Assembly (NCBI GenBank): GCA_045863475.1
Contig: BTUR01000003.1
Span: 8,647-72,646 of the forward strand
Origin: Candidatus Campbellbacteria bacterium
GTDB taxonomy: Bacteria; Patescibacteriota; Minisyncoccia; Phycocordibacterales; EsbW-18
Length of the DNA: 64,000 nucleotides
Reading direction: 5' to 3'
The first letter of the stretch is position 1; each line of letters begins with the position of its first letter. The translations under genes and the position numbers were made by a program. The notes beneath the pieces were generated by a model. The model was not told where the DNA came from. It was given only the letters and a program-made list of their open reading frames with translations, and did not search any database. Of the stretch, positions 49,662-60,104 are shown piece by piece.

Positions 49662-51857
49662 TTATTTTTTCTTTTTTGCTTTTGCCTTGCGTGCGAATCC
49701 GCGGCGCTTTTTCGGCTCCTTCAGAATTTCCAGGGCGCGTTCCAGAGTAATTGCGTATACATCGTCGGTTTTGAGCGACCGGAAATCACCGTCGTGTCCG
49801 ATGTACGGACCAAAACGTCCTACGTTGGCGATGATTTCTTTTCCGGTGTCGGGGTGATTGCCGAGCGCCCTTGGGAGCGAGAGGTAGTGGAGCGCGTCTT
49901 CTACCGTCACGGTCGCGGGGTCTTTTTCTTTCGGGATGGAGGCACGCCGCGGTTTTTTATTCTTCGGGGTTTTTAGTCCGAGCTGTACGTACGGGCCGTA
50001 GGGTCCGTCGAGCACGAAAATAGGTTCATTCGTCTCCGGGTGAAAACCGATTTCCTCGGGGTCGGTCACCTCTTTTCCTTCCTGCGTGCGCGCGCCGTCG
50101 CACTCGGGGAATTTCGAGCAGCTCATGAACGTGCCGCGGCGTGAGAGCTTCATAACCATACTGCTTCCACACTTGGGGCACGGAAACTCCGCGGGTGCAT
50201 CGCCGAGGTCGGTGATTTTCTTCGCGTCTTTTGATTTCTTGGCGACGTCTTTGAGGAATGGCGTGTAGAAATCACGGAGTGTTTTTTCATATTCGCGTTC
50301 GCCGCGCGCGATTTCGTCGAGCTCGTCCTCCATCTCCGAGGTGAATGAGTCCGAAATATAGTCGGCAAAGTTTTGCTCCAAAAATGTTGAGACAACATCA
50401 CCGGTTGCAGTCGGCGTGAGTGTCCGGTTTTCCCGCGTCACGTATCCGCGGTCTTCAAGTGTCTTGATGATAGAGGCGTATGTCGACGGGCGTCCGATGC
50501 CGCGCTTCTCAAGTTCTTTGATGAGACCTGCTTCGGAGTAACGTCCTGGCGGCTGCGTCTGCTTTGCTTCTGCATCAAGCGAAGTGAGTGAGAGCGGGTC
50601 GCTTTTTGCAAGCGCGGGAATCTCAACATCTTCACCGCGTGATCGCGGGTCTGCCGCAAGCCATCCAGGGAAAATGACGCGTGAACCGGTTACTGAAAAC
50701 GGAGGAACGGTTTTTGCGTCCGTTGCGGCAGTCACTTTCGTCTGAATAAGTTTTGCGGGTGACATCTGCGAAGAAACCGTTCGCTGCCAGATGAGTTCAT
50801 AGAGTCGTTTTTCGTCATCGGTATTTCCAGCGGTTCTTTTGCCGGCGTTTGTCGGGCGGATGGCTTCGTGGGCTTCTTGTGCGTTTTTACTCTTGCTCTT
50901 GTAGAACGTTGGGGAGGCGTACTCTGCGCCGAAATCCTGATGGATAATCGCGAGAATTTGTTTCTGCGCGACGGAAGCGAGGTTTGTTGAGTCGGTGCGC
51001 ATGTACGTGATGTGCCCCTTCTCGTAGAGTTTCTGCGCCGCGCGCATCGTGCGTGACGGTGAGAAGCCGAGGCGCGTGCTTGCTGACTGCTGAATAGTCG
51101 ATGTGGTGAACGGCGGTCGCGCGCGGCGTGATACCTCTGTTTCTTTTATGTCCGCAACGGACCATGACGCCGCGTTGCCGGCAGCAAGAATTTCATCAAC
51201 GCGTTTTTGATCACGCGGTTCCTCTTCGCACGTGAGCGTCAGCGCGTCTTTTTTCGCCGTTTTCACCTGTGCGGTAAGCACCCAGAAATCCTCCGGTATA
51301 AATTCGCGTATCTGTCGTTCGCGCTCCATCAAAATACGCAGGGCGGGGGACTGCACGCGTCCGGCGGAGAGCCCGTAACGAACTTTTTTCCAAATGAGAC
51401 CCGAGAGGTCGTAGCCGACGAGCCGGTCAAGAACGCGCCGCGCTTCCTGCGCGGCCTTCAGGTGCAAATCGATGTCGCGCGGATGTTTGATGGCTTCGGT
51501 GACGGCACCCTCGGTAATCTCGTGAAATACGACGCGCTTCGGTTTGCGTCTGCCTTTTGAAAGCCCCAGTGCCTCGGCGAGGTGCCACGCGATTGCTTCA
51601 CCTTCTCGGTCGGGGTCGGTTGCGAGCAATACCTCGTCTGCTTTTTCCGCGGCAGCTTTCAACTCAGCGATAACTTTTTTCTTCTCCGGAACGATTTGAT
51701 AGTTGGGAATGAAACCGCCGTCGATATCAATCGCGTTCTTGTTGCTCTTCGGCAAATCACGGACGTGACCGACGGAAGCGAGCACGGTAAAATCACCGCC
51801 GAGATATTTCTCGATGGTCTTTGCTTTTGCCGGTGATTCAACAATAACGAGTTTCAT
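49662..51857 (-). CDS. topA: DNA topoisomerase I
   Basis: IVESPAKAK, DPDREGE, GRVQS, ITYMRTDS. Confidence 0.97.
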   Translation of the reverse strand: MKLVIVESPAKAKTIEKYLGGDFTVLASVGHVRDLPKSNKNAIDIDGGFIPNYQIVPEKKKVIAELKAAAEKADEVLLATDPDREGEAIAWHLAEALGLSKGRRKPKRVVFHEITEGAVTEAIKHPRDIDLHLKAAQEARRVLDRLVGYDLSGLIWKKVRYGLSAGRVQSPALRILMERERQIREFIPEDFWVLTAQVKTAKKDALTLTCEEEPRDQKRVDEILAAGNAASWSVADIKETEVSRRARPPFTTSTIQQSASTRLGFSPSRTMRAAQKLYEKGHITYMRTDSTNLASVAQKQILAIIHQDFGAEYASPTFYKSKSKNAQEAHEAIRPTNAGKRTAGNTDDEKRLYELIWQRTVSSQMSPAKLIQTKVTAATDAKTVPPFSVTGSRVIFPGWLAADPRSRGEDVEIPALAKSDPLSLTSLDAEAKQTQPPGRYSEAGLIKELEKRGIGRPSTYASIIKTLEDRGYVTRENRTLTPTATGDVVSTFLEQNFADYISDSFTSEMEDELDEIARGEREYEKTLRDFYTPFLKDVAKKSKDAKKITDLGDAPAEFPCPKCGSSMVMKLSRRGTFMSCSKFPECDGARTQEGKEVTDPEEIGFHPETNEPIFVLDGPYGPYVQLGLKTPKNKKPRRASIPKEKDPATVTVEDALHYLSLPRALGNHPDTGKEIIANVGRFGPYIGHDGDFRSLKTDDVYAITLERALEILKEPKKRRGFARKAKAKKKK

Positions 51858-51918
51858 GCGTGACTCCAGTAGTACCACGATGTTGTGCAACAACGCAAAT
51901 CGCGTACGGTGCGAGATA

Positions 51919-52782
51919 CTACACGCATCGTTCAATTTTGCCAAGTCGAACCGAAATAACTCTCTTCAATTCAAGCATTGAGACGAGCATGTTGATGTGC
52001 GAAACCGGTATGCCGATCTCGCTTGAGAGTTCGTCTGCCGTCTTCGGAGAGGAGAGGGCTTCGAGAATCACGCGCTCATCCGGAGAGACGTTTGCGGGCA
52101 GTACCGGCATGTCGTGTGCAGTTTCAATATGCAATGCTTGCAGTACGTCTGCACCACACGTAACGGCTTGGCCGCCTTCTCGCAGGAGACGGTTGGAGCC
52201 CGTACCGTTGGGTGAGGTTATGGGGCCGGGGACGATGAGCACGTCGCGGTTGTATTCCAGCGCGAGCCGTGCGGTGATGAGCGTTCCGGATTTCTCGTGC
52301 GCCTCAATAATAAGTGTTGCGTGGCACAATCCCGCCATGATGCGATTGCGTTTCGGGAAACTCCATACGGTTGCTTCATCCTGCGGTGCGCACTCAGATA
52401 GAAGTGCGCCGCCTTCCTCCAGAATTTTTCGCGCGAGTCCCACGTGCGCGCGCGGGTACAGCGCGGTGTCATCTATGCCTGAGCCGGGTACCGCGACGGT
52501 GACAAGTCCGGAGTTGAGTGCTGCTTGGTGTGCCACGGCATCAATACCGAGTGCGAGGCCTGAAACGATGACCACGGGATAGCCAGCGAGCTCCTGTATG
52601 AGTTTCCGGCAGGCAGAGGCGCCGTACGACGAGAATTTTCGCGAACCGACCACACACAGCCACACGAGGGTATCGTCCGGGAGCGTCCCGCGCACAAAGA
52701 GTTTTTGGGGCGGATCCGGTATCTCGCGCAGTAGCGCGGGGAAGTCGGGATGGTAGAGCTCGGTTAGGGGTTTTTCGGCCAT
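51919..52782 (-). CDS. dprA: DNA-processing protein DprA
   Basis: VVGSR, VSGLALGID, FPKRNRIMAGL. Confidence 0.94.
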   Translation of the reverse strand: MAEKPLTELYHPDFPALLREIPDPPQKLFVRGTLPDDTLVWLCVVGSRKFSSYGASACRKLIQELAGYPVVIVSGLALGIDAVAHQAALNSGLVTVAVPGSGIDDTALYPRAHVGLARKILEEGGALLSECAPQDEATVWSFPKRNRIMAGLCHATLIIEAHEKSGTLITARLALEYNRDVLIVPGPITSPNGTGSNRLLREGGQAVTCGADVLQALHIETAHDMPVLPANVSPDERVILEALSSPKTADELSSEIGIPVSHINMLVSMLELKRVISVRLGKIERCV

Positions 52783-52900
52783 AGAAAAACCCTGCCATAG
52801 GGTATATAAAGAATGTATAAATAAGGTATACCCCATGAGATACAAACTGTAGGTATTGCACGTGCTTAAAAATAGCTATCTCATGGGGTATAGTAGAGCC

Positions 52901-54172
52901 ATGCTTGATATCAATTTCATCAGAGAAAACAAGGACGTCGTCATTGCGGGTGCAAAAAAGAAGCATGTTGACGTCGATATTGAAGCGCTCCTCGCACTTG
53001 ATGATAAACGCCGTGAACTCATGGGCGTTGTTGAAGGCATGCGTGCACAGCAAAACGCGGTAAGCGAGAAAATGCCCAATGCCAGTGCAGACGAACGTGC
53101 GGCACTCATTGCGGAGATGAAGGATGTGAAGGAGACACTGCAGCAAAAAGAAGACGAACTTAAGAAAGTTGTTGAGGAGTGGAAGACGCTCATGCTCCGT
53201 GTGCCGAATGTTCCCGACATCTCCGTTCCGGAAGGCGACAGTGACGCGGACAACCAAGAGGTAAAAGCGTGGGGTGAGAAACCGAAGTTTGATTTTGAGC
53301 CGAAAAACCACATCGAGATTATGGAGAATCTCGACATGGTCGACCTTGAGCGTGGTGCGAAGGTTCACGGATTCCGCGGCTACTTCCTCAAAAACGACGG
53401 CGCGCGATTGTCCTTTGCGATTTGGAACTACGCGCTGGATTTTTTCATGAAGAAAGGTTTTCAGTTCATCATTGCGCCGGCCATCGTTAAAAAACAACTG
53501 CTCTACGGCACAGGACATCTTCCCAACGATGTTGAGGATATTTTCCGAACGCAGGATGACGATTACCTCGCAGGTACTGCGGAGATTCCTATCATGGGGT
53601 ATCACAGTGATGAGGTGCTTGATGTAAAGGAGTTGCCGAAAAAATATCTTGCGTTCTCACCGTGCTATCGACGAGAAGTCGGCTCATACAGCAAAGACGT
53701 GAAGGGGCTTATTCGTGTGCACGAATTTTACAAATTTGAACAGGTCATCATCTGCGAAGCAAATCACGAAGAGTCAGTGAAATGGCACGAGTGGCTCTCA
53801 AGAAACGCGGAAGAATTTATTGAGAGTTTGGGTATCCCGTATCGCACCGTCGCCAACTGCGGCGCGGATCTAGGACTCGGACAGGTGAAAAAATATGATG
53901 TTGAGTTGTGGGTGCCGATGGAGCAGAAGTACCGCGAGATTGGTTCCGCGTCCTACTTCCATGACTTTCAGTGCCGACGATTCAATATTAAGTACACGGA
54001 CGAGAATGGTGAGCGCCGATTCGCACACTCGCTGAATGACACTGCAATCCCCACGCCGCGCATTCTTGTTTCACTTGTGGAAAACTATCAGAACGCAGAC
54101 GGCTCAGTAACAATCCCCGAAGCGTTGCGCCCGTACATGGGTGGTCAAGAAAGGATAGAGAAGCAAGTCTAA
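52901..54172 (+). CDS. serS: Seryl-tRNA synthetase
   Basis: MLDINFIREN, GTAE, CYRREVGS, RVHEF. Confidence 0.96.
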   Translation: MLDINFIRENKDVVIAGAKKKHVDVDIEALLALDDKRRELMGVVEGMRAQQNAVSEKMPNASADERAALIAEMKDVKETLQQKEDELKKVVEEWKTLMLRVPNVPDISVPEGDSDADNQEVKAWGEKPKFDFEPKNHIEIMENLDMVDLERGAKVHGFRGYFLKNDGARLSFAIWNYALDFFMKKGFQFIIAPAIVKKQLLYGTGHLPNDVEDIFRTQDDDYLAGTAEIPIMGYHSDEVLDVKELPKKYLAFSPCYRREVGSYSKDVKGLIRVHEFYKFEQVIICEANHEESVKWHEWLSRNAEEFIESLGIPYRTVANCGADLGLGQVKKYDVELWVPMEQKYREIGSASYFHDFQCRRFNIKYTDENGERRFAHSLNDTAIPTPRILVSLVENYQNADGSVTIPEALRPYMGGQERIEKQV

Positions 54173-54178
54173 CGCGTC

Positions 54179-54997
54179 ATGTTTCGAAAGTTCACATCTG
54201 AACGCGTGCGCCGTGTGCGCCGTCGCCGTCTCGCCATTTTCTCCGTCATCTACGGCCTACTGACACTCTCGGTATTTCTTGTGCTCTGGCAACTCTCCCT
54301 TGCACCGTTTTGGCGCATCGATGTGCTTGAAATTTCCGGAACGCGGGCGATACCGCATCAAGATATTTTTGATTTCGTCACCGAGCGTCTTTACGGGGGA
54401 TACGGCGGCGTATTTTCAAAACGCAACGCGCTTATTGCACCGCGCGCATCGATACAGAATGGGCTTGTACGTGAATTTCCGCGCATACGAAAAGTTGACG
54501 TGGACGCAAAAGATTTCCACACGCTTGAAATAGAAATCACGGAGCATGAACCGGAGGCGCTGGTGTGTAATACGGGTTCATCGACGTGCTATTTCGTAAA
54601 TGAAGAGGGGTACGTGTTTGATGAGGCGCCGAGATTTTTGGGCGATTCGTACGTCACGTATTCGGCGCATCTCGTCGATGATCCTCTGGGAAAATGGTTT
54701 CTTGCGCACACGGGTGGATTTGCGCAGTTGCACGCCTTTGTGGAATCACTTGAGCGGCTTTCGTTGTTTCCGCGCACGGTTGTTGTTGCGGAGAGCTCGT
54801 TTACGGTTTCCGCACGCGTGCGCTTTCAAGATATACAGCTCTTGTTCAGTCGCTCTCTGCCGTACGACGAGTCGTTCTTGAACTTAGAGGCGATACTGCG
54901 CGAAGAAGATTTTTCCGTGGAATCAGTCGCAAGTATTGATTTACGATTCGGCAACAAAGTATTTTTCAAACCGCGTGCAGAGGTCGGCGGGGAGTAG
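54179..54997 (+). CDS. FtsQ/DivIB-like protein
   Basis: Basic N-terminus, TM, POTRA-like region, C-terminal IDLRF. Confidence 0.75.
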   Translation: MFRKFTSERVRRVRRRRLAIFSVIYGLLTLSVFLVLWQLSLAPFWRIDVLEISGTRAIPHQDIFDFVTERLYGGYGGVFSKRNALIAPRASIQNGLVREFPRIRKVDVDAKDFHTLEIEITEHEPEALVCNTGSSTCYFVNEEGYVFDEAPRFLGDSYVTYSAHLVDDPLGKWFLAHTGGFAQLHAFVESLERLSLFPRTVVVAESSFTVSARVRFQDIQLLFSRSLPYDESFLNLEAILREEDFSVESVASIDLRFGNKVFFKPRAEVGGE

Positions 54998-55056
54998 TTG
55001 GAATAGAAAAAGGGCCCTGTCTCTGGACGGGGCCCTCGCGGTGCGGGGAAGGTACA

Positions 55057-55257
55057 TCAGGAGGTGCCGAGACTGTGCTCCGGCCAGCCTCCTGGGAGAC
55101 TGTCTGCGAGCCGGCGCCGCTGTTCCTCCTGCTCGAGTTGTCGCGAGAGCGTCATCATGGACTCACCGCCTTCAATCGGCGCTTCGAGTCGCACGGTCTG
55201 TGTCGGTTGTTCCGGAATTGGCTCCCGGGGCTTCGGCTTGATTTGAGCCTTTTTCAT
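55057..55257 (-). CDS. Small hypothetical protein
   Basis: SD AGGAGG upstream, terminator downstream. Confidence 0.5.
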   Translation of the reverse strand: MKKAQIKPKPREPIPEQPTQTVRLEAPIEGGESMMTLSRQLEQEEQRRRLADSLPGGWPEHSLGTS

Positions 55258-55472
55258 CAGGTGGTTCCTCCTTTTAAAATCTTATCGGATACTACTCCTT
55301 ATGGTGTGTCGTCGCAAGCAAACAGACGGGAAATAAAAAAGCGGCCGCAAGGAGCGACCGCTTCGGTGTCTCGGAAGACGTCGTCTACTCGTCGTAGAAA
55401 GGCGCCGCGGATCCGTAGAGGCGGTGGCTCCAGAGGTTGCTACCGTCTCGTTCATGTGGAGTGCGTTTCCAG

Positions 55473-55772
55473 TCAAGACGTCTTTTCCGGGAGCGCCTCT
55501 TCTTGCGCCGCGCGTGTATATGTCCATCGCGTGCGGAGACCGTAGGCGAATTTCTCGTCGGTACTTTCGGCTCCATGCCACCCTCTCTTTGGAATGGGAA
55601 GTGACTCGATTGCGACATTTACGCCTTTTTCCGGAAGGCATCCGTTTGGTACCACGGTGTAGGTTTTACATTCAATACAGAAGCTTCCGGCGGGGACCCC
55701 TCCTGGGTAGAACGTATTGCAGGTGATGCAAACACTGTCGAGCGGTTCCAGGTCATTCTGGCGATGGAGCAT
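55473..55772 (-). CDS. Small Zn-ribbon protein
   Basis: CITC...CIEC; SD GGAGGT upstream. Confidence 0.5.
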   Translation of the reverse strand: MLHRQNDLEPLDSVCITCNTFYPGGVPAGSFCIECKTYTVVPNGCLPEKGVNVAIESLPIPKRGWHGAESTDEKFAYGLRTRWTYTRAAQEEALPEKTS

Positions 55773-55825
55773 GATACCTCCCATGACGCTTTGTCTGGTC
55801 CGTAGTATAGTACGCACAAACCTCC

Positions 55826-56773
55826 ATGTCATTCTGGAAAAAACTTAAAAAACCATTCTTCTGCCTCGCACCCATGGCCGATGTTACGGACCCGGCATAC
55901 CGCCGGCTTATCGCGAAGTACGGAGCTCTCGATGTCTTATGGACGGAGTTTGTGTCTGCCGACGGACTGTTTCGTGGCGGATTTGACGCGCTCTCAAAGG
56001 ATTTACAGTTTTCTCGCGAGGAGCGCCCGATCGTTGCTCAATTTTTTACCGCGCATCCGGAATATGTGGAAAAAGCGGCAGCGCTTGCGCGTGATATGAA
56101 ATTCGACGGCATAGATATCAACATGGGATGCCCGGATCGAGCGGTCATCAAGCAGGGAGCAGGTGCGGCGCTTATCGGCAACGCACAACTCGCACAAGAA
56201 CTCATCGAAGCGGCGAAGCGCGGCGCAGGGGAGTTGCCGGTATCGGTAAAGACGCGCATTGGGGACACAAAAAATGAACTCGCAACATGGCTGCCCGCGC
56301 TTCTTGCAACGAAGGTTGCTGCAATCACCATTCACGCGCGCACGAGAAAAGAGATGTCGAAGGTTCCTGCACGTTGGGACACAATTGCCGAGGCGGTTGC
56401 CATTCGCGATGCATTTGAAAAGGGAAGCGACCACCACACGCTTATCATCGGCAACGGTGACGTACAAGATTTTGATGATGCGCGCGAAAAAGCGAGAGCT
56501 AGCGGCTGTGACGGTGTTATGCTCGGTCGCGCGGTTTTCGGCAATCCGTGGCTGGGAAATCCACGGCCCGAAGCGCTCTTTGAGCGACTCTCGGTGCTCG
56601 CCGAGCACGTACGGCTTTTTGACGAGCTTCTGCCGCACAAATCCTTTGCTATCATGAAAAAGCACTTCAAATCCTACCTTCACGGCGATGGCTACGACAA
56701 AAAACTCTTGCTTGCCCTCATGGATACCAAGACTGCGGAAGAAGCCCTCTCTGTTCTTAAAAAAGGGGGCTAA
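55826..56773 (+). CDS. dus: tRNA-dihydrouridine synthase
   Basis: LAPMADVTD, DINMGCP, SVKTRIG, GNGDV, MLGR. Confidence 0.93.
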   Translation: MSFWKKLKKPFFCLAPMADVTDPAYRRLIAKYGALDVLWTEFVSADGLFRGGFDALSKDLQFSREERPIVAQFFTAHPEYVEKAAALARDMKFDGIDINMGCPDRAVIKQGAGAALIGNAQLAQELIEAAKRGAGELPVSVKTRIGDTKNELATWLPALLATKVAAITIHARTRKEMSKVPARWDTIAEAVAIRDAFEKGSDHHTLIIGNGDVQDFDDAREKARASGCDGVMLGRAVFGNPWLGNPRPEALFERLSVLAEHVRLFDELLPHKSFAIMKKHFKSYLHGDGYDKKLLLALMDTKTAEEALSVLKKGG

Positions 56774-56784
56774 AGGGTAGGTAC

Positions 56785-56812
56785 TTGACAAATATTTTGT
56801 GCCTGCTATGAT
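56785..56812 (+). promoter_or_regulatory. Sigma70 promoter
   Basis: TTGACA-N16-TATGAT with extended TG. Confidence 0.7.
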
Positions 56813-56818
56813 TGTCGC

Positions 56819-57187
56819 AGGTAAAGGGTTGGGGAGGAGACGCTTAGGAGGCCCTACTCCAGGGTTAGCCTGAGTGGCCCCATCTAATAACTCCAGGCAT
56901 ACGCCTGTTCAGCTTCATTCCGAGTGTAGGTCGCGCAAGTGGCCGAACAACGAGGCGCTGACGGGGCGCCTACAAGGGAAGCGGTGCTTCCCGGAGACTC
57001 GGACCCACGTTCTTCGGAAGCGATTCGCGCCGCGCGGACCGCCTTCACAACAATCACCGGCGCTTCTCGCGCCACGACCATGAAAGGAGCTACAGTGCGG
57101 ACACGAGTCTCACTGGCTCCGCCTCCGGGCGCAAGTCCGTAGGGCGAGGGTCCTCTCTGCGATTCGCGGGGAGGGCCTTTTCTTTTT
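56819..57187 (+). ncRNA. Candidate ~360-nt RNA of unknown family
   Basis: Bounded by promoter and terminator, GC-rich, no convincing ORF. Confidence 0.35.
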
Positions 57188-57210
57188 GTCTTTGTTACAA
57201 TACCCGTTGT

Positions 57211-58245
57211 ATGACACCCGACCACGTTGCGCTGTACAGAAAATACCGGCCGCAGACATTTACGGATGTTCGCGGGCAAGACCAGGTTGTCTCAGTGCTC
57301 TCAAGCGCGCTTGCAAAAGGAAACATAGGCCACGCATACCTGTTTGCCGGCAGCCGCGGCACGGGCAAGACATCCGTGGCGAGAATTTTTGCGCGTGAAA
57401 TCGGAACGCATGACACCGACCTCTACGAGCTCGACGCGGCGTCCAACCGTGGTATCGACGACGTGCGCGCGCTCCGAGAAGCGGTGAACACGCTGCCGTT
57501 TTCATCCCCGTACAAGGTGTACATCATCGACGAGGTGCACATGCTCACGAAAGAGGCGTTCAATGCGCTGCTCAAAACGCTCGAAGAGCCGCCGTCACAC
57601 GTCATTTTCATTCTCGCAACCACTGAAACGGAAAAAATTCCCGAGACGATTATTTCCCGGTGCGAAGTGCACACGTTCAAGCAGCCCTCACGGCACATCC
57701 TCAAAGAACACATCATTGATATTGCAAAGAAGGAGGGATTTACGCTTGAGCACGCCGCAGCCGATCTCATCGCGCTTTTAGCAGACGGTTCGTTCCGCGA
57801 CGCGCACGGCATTCTGCAGAAAATCATTCACTCATCGTCTGATAAAAAGGTGAGTGTTGATGAGGTGTCGCTTATCACCTCGGCTCCCCGCGGCGAGCTT
57901 GTCAACGATGTGCTGCGTTCAATTCAGGAGAACGACGCAAGCCGCGGCATCACGGCACTCTCAGCGGCCGCAGATGCGGGCGTTGATATGAAGGTATTCG
58001 GAAAACTGCTCTTGGAGAAAGTGCGCGCGGTACTGCTTCTGCGGTACACATCTGACGTGCACGAGCGTTTTGCGGAAGAATTCTCCCCGGAAGATCTCGC
58101 GTTTCTTACTGAACTTTCGGCAAAAGACAGCCGCATCACATCGGCGGTACTCTCACGATTTTTGTCTGCATACGCCGCCGTGGACCGCGCGCACATCACG
58201 CACGTGCCGCTGGAACTCGCGCTTTTGGACTGCATTGGCTCATAA
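57211..58245 (+). CDS. dnaX: DNA polymerase III gamma/tau (short)
   Basis: [37 protein letters not shown]. Confidence 0.95.
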   Translation: MTPDHVALYRKYRPQTFTDVRGQDQVVSVLSSALAKGNIGHAYLFAGSRGTGKTSVARIFAREIGTHDTDLYELDAASNRGIDDVRALREAVNTLPFSSPYKVYIIDEVHMLTKEAFNALLKTLEEPPSHVIFILATTETEKIPETIISRCEVHTFKQPSRHILKEHIIDIAKKEGFTLEHAAADLIALLADGSFRDAHGILQKIIHSSSDKKVSVDEVSLITSAPRGELVNDVLRSIQENDASRGITALSAAADAGVDMKVFGKLLLEKVRAVLLLRYTSDVHERFAEEFSPEDLAFLTELSAKDSRITSAVLSRFLSAYAAVDRAHITHVPLELALLDCIGS

Positions 58246-58246
58246 C

Positions 58247-58459
58247 ATGCGGTACGACGTCACGGTCAAACTGCGCAACGATTTTGTGCAGGAAGAAAAC
58301 GGCAAACTCGTCGTCGGTATCCGCACTGTTCCCGAAAAAGGGAAGGCAAATGAAGAGGTTGTTCGCAAGATAGCGAAATACCTCAAAGTGCCGCAGAGCT
58401 CCATCCGCATCATCGCGGGTGCGACATCACGCAAAAAAGTTATTGAGGTGCAACGTTAG
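58247..58459 (+). CDS. DUF167/YggU family protein
   Basis: PEKGKANEE...GATSRKK. Confidence 0.85.
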   Translation: MRYDVTVKLRNDFVQEENGKLVVGIRTVPEKGKANEEVVRKIAKYLKVPQSSIRIIAGATSRKKVIEVQR

Positions 58460-59172
58460 AGCGATTTCACGTTGAACACGATGCGGTACGCCGTCTCATC
58501 AAACGGCTGGCTTGCCATGCGCGCCGGTGCGACGGACACAATGGAGATTTCGAATGTATCAAATGCAACCGGTTTCTGGTCGTTGATGTTGAGTGTCTCT
58601 TTGTCCGTGTCGCTTTGCAGCGTGACATTTGCGGTTACGGAACCTGCCTGGATACAGACCGCGTCAATCGGGCATCGGTTGTCGGAGACAACGCTGTTGA
58701 AGGTTATGCGCACGCGGTTGATGAGCTTGGTTTCTCCCAGCGCGACGGTGCCGATGGTGATGTCTGCGTCGGTTGCCTCCTCAAGCGTCTCTACGCGGTA
58801 ACGGTTGCCCTCAAGAAACTCTCCGTAGACGACGACGTTTTTACCGACGAACTCTTTCAGCGCGTTGGAGACGCGGATTTCAAGCGGGAGTACGTACGTC
58901 ACTTCCTGTGTTGTTGCGTCAGGAGAAGGAATGATGAGCTGAAACTCTCCGCCGGCTGTTTGCTGCAGTTCGCCGACAAACTTGTCTTGGGCAGGGCAGG
59001 AGAGAAACTCGCAGTCAGGGCCGGAGCGTCCGACGCCTGAGCCGTCAGGGCACATGAGGGCGTCCATGGTGCAAAATACCTGTTCGTCCGCGGGTTCTTT
59101 TTGTACGACGTAATAAATACCGGCTGACGCGGCGAGAATAACGAGAATCGAAATGACCGTTTTTGATGGCAT
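58456..59172 (-). CDS. Membrane-anchored hypothetical protein
   Basis: CTMDALMCPDGS.VGR.GP.CEF..CP and DNRCP..A.CIQAG motifs. Confidence 0.7.
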   Translation of the reverse strand: MPSKTVISILVILAASAGIYYVVQKEPADEQVFCTMDALMCPDGSGVGRSGPDCEFLSCPAQDKFVGELQQTAGGEFQLIIPSPDATTQEVTYVLPLEIRVSNALKEFVGKNVVVYGEFLEGNRYRVETLEEATDADITIGTVALGETKLINRVRITFNSVVSDNRCPIDAVCIQAGSVTANVTLQSDTDKETLNINDQKPVAFDTFEISIVSVAPARMASQPFDETAYRIVFNVKSL

Positions 59173-59239
59173 GGAAATATTTGTGGTTGTAATGCTGTCA
59201 GTATACTAAAACGGCCTTAAAATGTTACAATCCGGCCAT

Positions 59240-59310
59240 TGCCGGGTCGTCTAATGGTAGGACACCTCCCTTTGGAGGAGGGTATCTTGGTTCGAGTCCA
59301 AGCCCGGCAA
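59240..59310 (+). tRNA. tRNA-Gln(TTG)
   Basis: TGCCGGG...CCCGGCA; anticodon arm CCTCC-CTTTGGA-GGAGG. Confidence 0.95.
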
Positions 59311-59343
59311 CAGTCATGTGATAGACCGAGACCCATCAAAAAT

Positions 59344-59814
59344 ATGGACTACACACTTAGAAAAGCGAGAGAGCAAGATATACCTCAAATCATAGAATTG
59401 AGCGGACTTCTTGCTGACCATCACCATGTTTTGGATTCATATTGGAAGGCAGGATCTGAAACAAAGAATACATTTGGCGAATTCATAAAAAGTGAGTTAG
59501 AGAAGACAAATGTAATGTTGCTTGTTGCGGAGGTAAACCAAAAGGTTGTAGGTTACTTTTCTGCTGAAATAAGCCCTACAAAACCTGTTATTTTTGTTCC
59601 CTATATAGGTCATATCTCAAATGGCTTTCTTCTTGAAGAATATAGAGGCAAAGGAATTGCCAAAAAAGCCGTAGAACAATTCCTCAGTTGGTTTAAAAAA
59701 CAAAATGTAAAAGTTGCTGAACTTACTGTTGATTCTAGAAACGTTGAGGGCGTCAGAGCCTGGGAAGGAATGGGATTTAAGGAGTACATGAAAAGAATGA
59801 AAATGGATATTTAG
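59344..59814 (+). CDS. GNAT acetyltransferase
   Basis: YRGKGIA, N......WEGMGF; AT-rich. Confidence 0.88.
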   Translation: MDYTLRKAREQDIPQIIELSGLLADHHHVLDSYWKAGSETKNTFGEFIKSELEKTNVMLLVAEVNQKVVGYFSAEISPTKPVIFVPYIGHISNGFLLEEYRGKGIAKKAVEQFLSWFKKQNVKVAELTVDSRNVEGVRAWEGMGFKEYMKRMKMDI

Positions 59815-60104
59815 GGCCAGATCGAGACGGGTCGGAATCTCTAATAATTCCTTCCACGATATCCTTACGGGGTCTTGCCACAGAAATCTGAGACCGTGAC
59901 ACACAACAGCCATGTGAGATAGACTGAGACGCCTAAATCAGTCATACTTCTCAAAGTATTTTTTGGACGAGTCATGGGCTCGAACCGCACGGAGAGGGTG
60001 TCCTAGACTCCCTTGAGTCTTGTCGAAAATTTCATATCCGGTGGACAAGGCGTCGAAGCAAAAGACATTATTACTAAGGGTAATTTTTTGCTAAAATTGT
60101 ATAT

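Noticed and set aside
56819-57187. Assignment as SRP RNA, tmRNA or RNase P RNA
   Set aside because: Diagnostic conserved motifs were not found by eye; kept only as an unknown candidate.
59239-59343. GNAT N-terminal extension, and likewise the def extension to 8122 and ORFs over the Thr, Ser and Leu tRNAs
   Set aside because: They run through tRNA genes.
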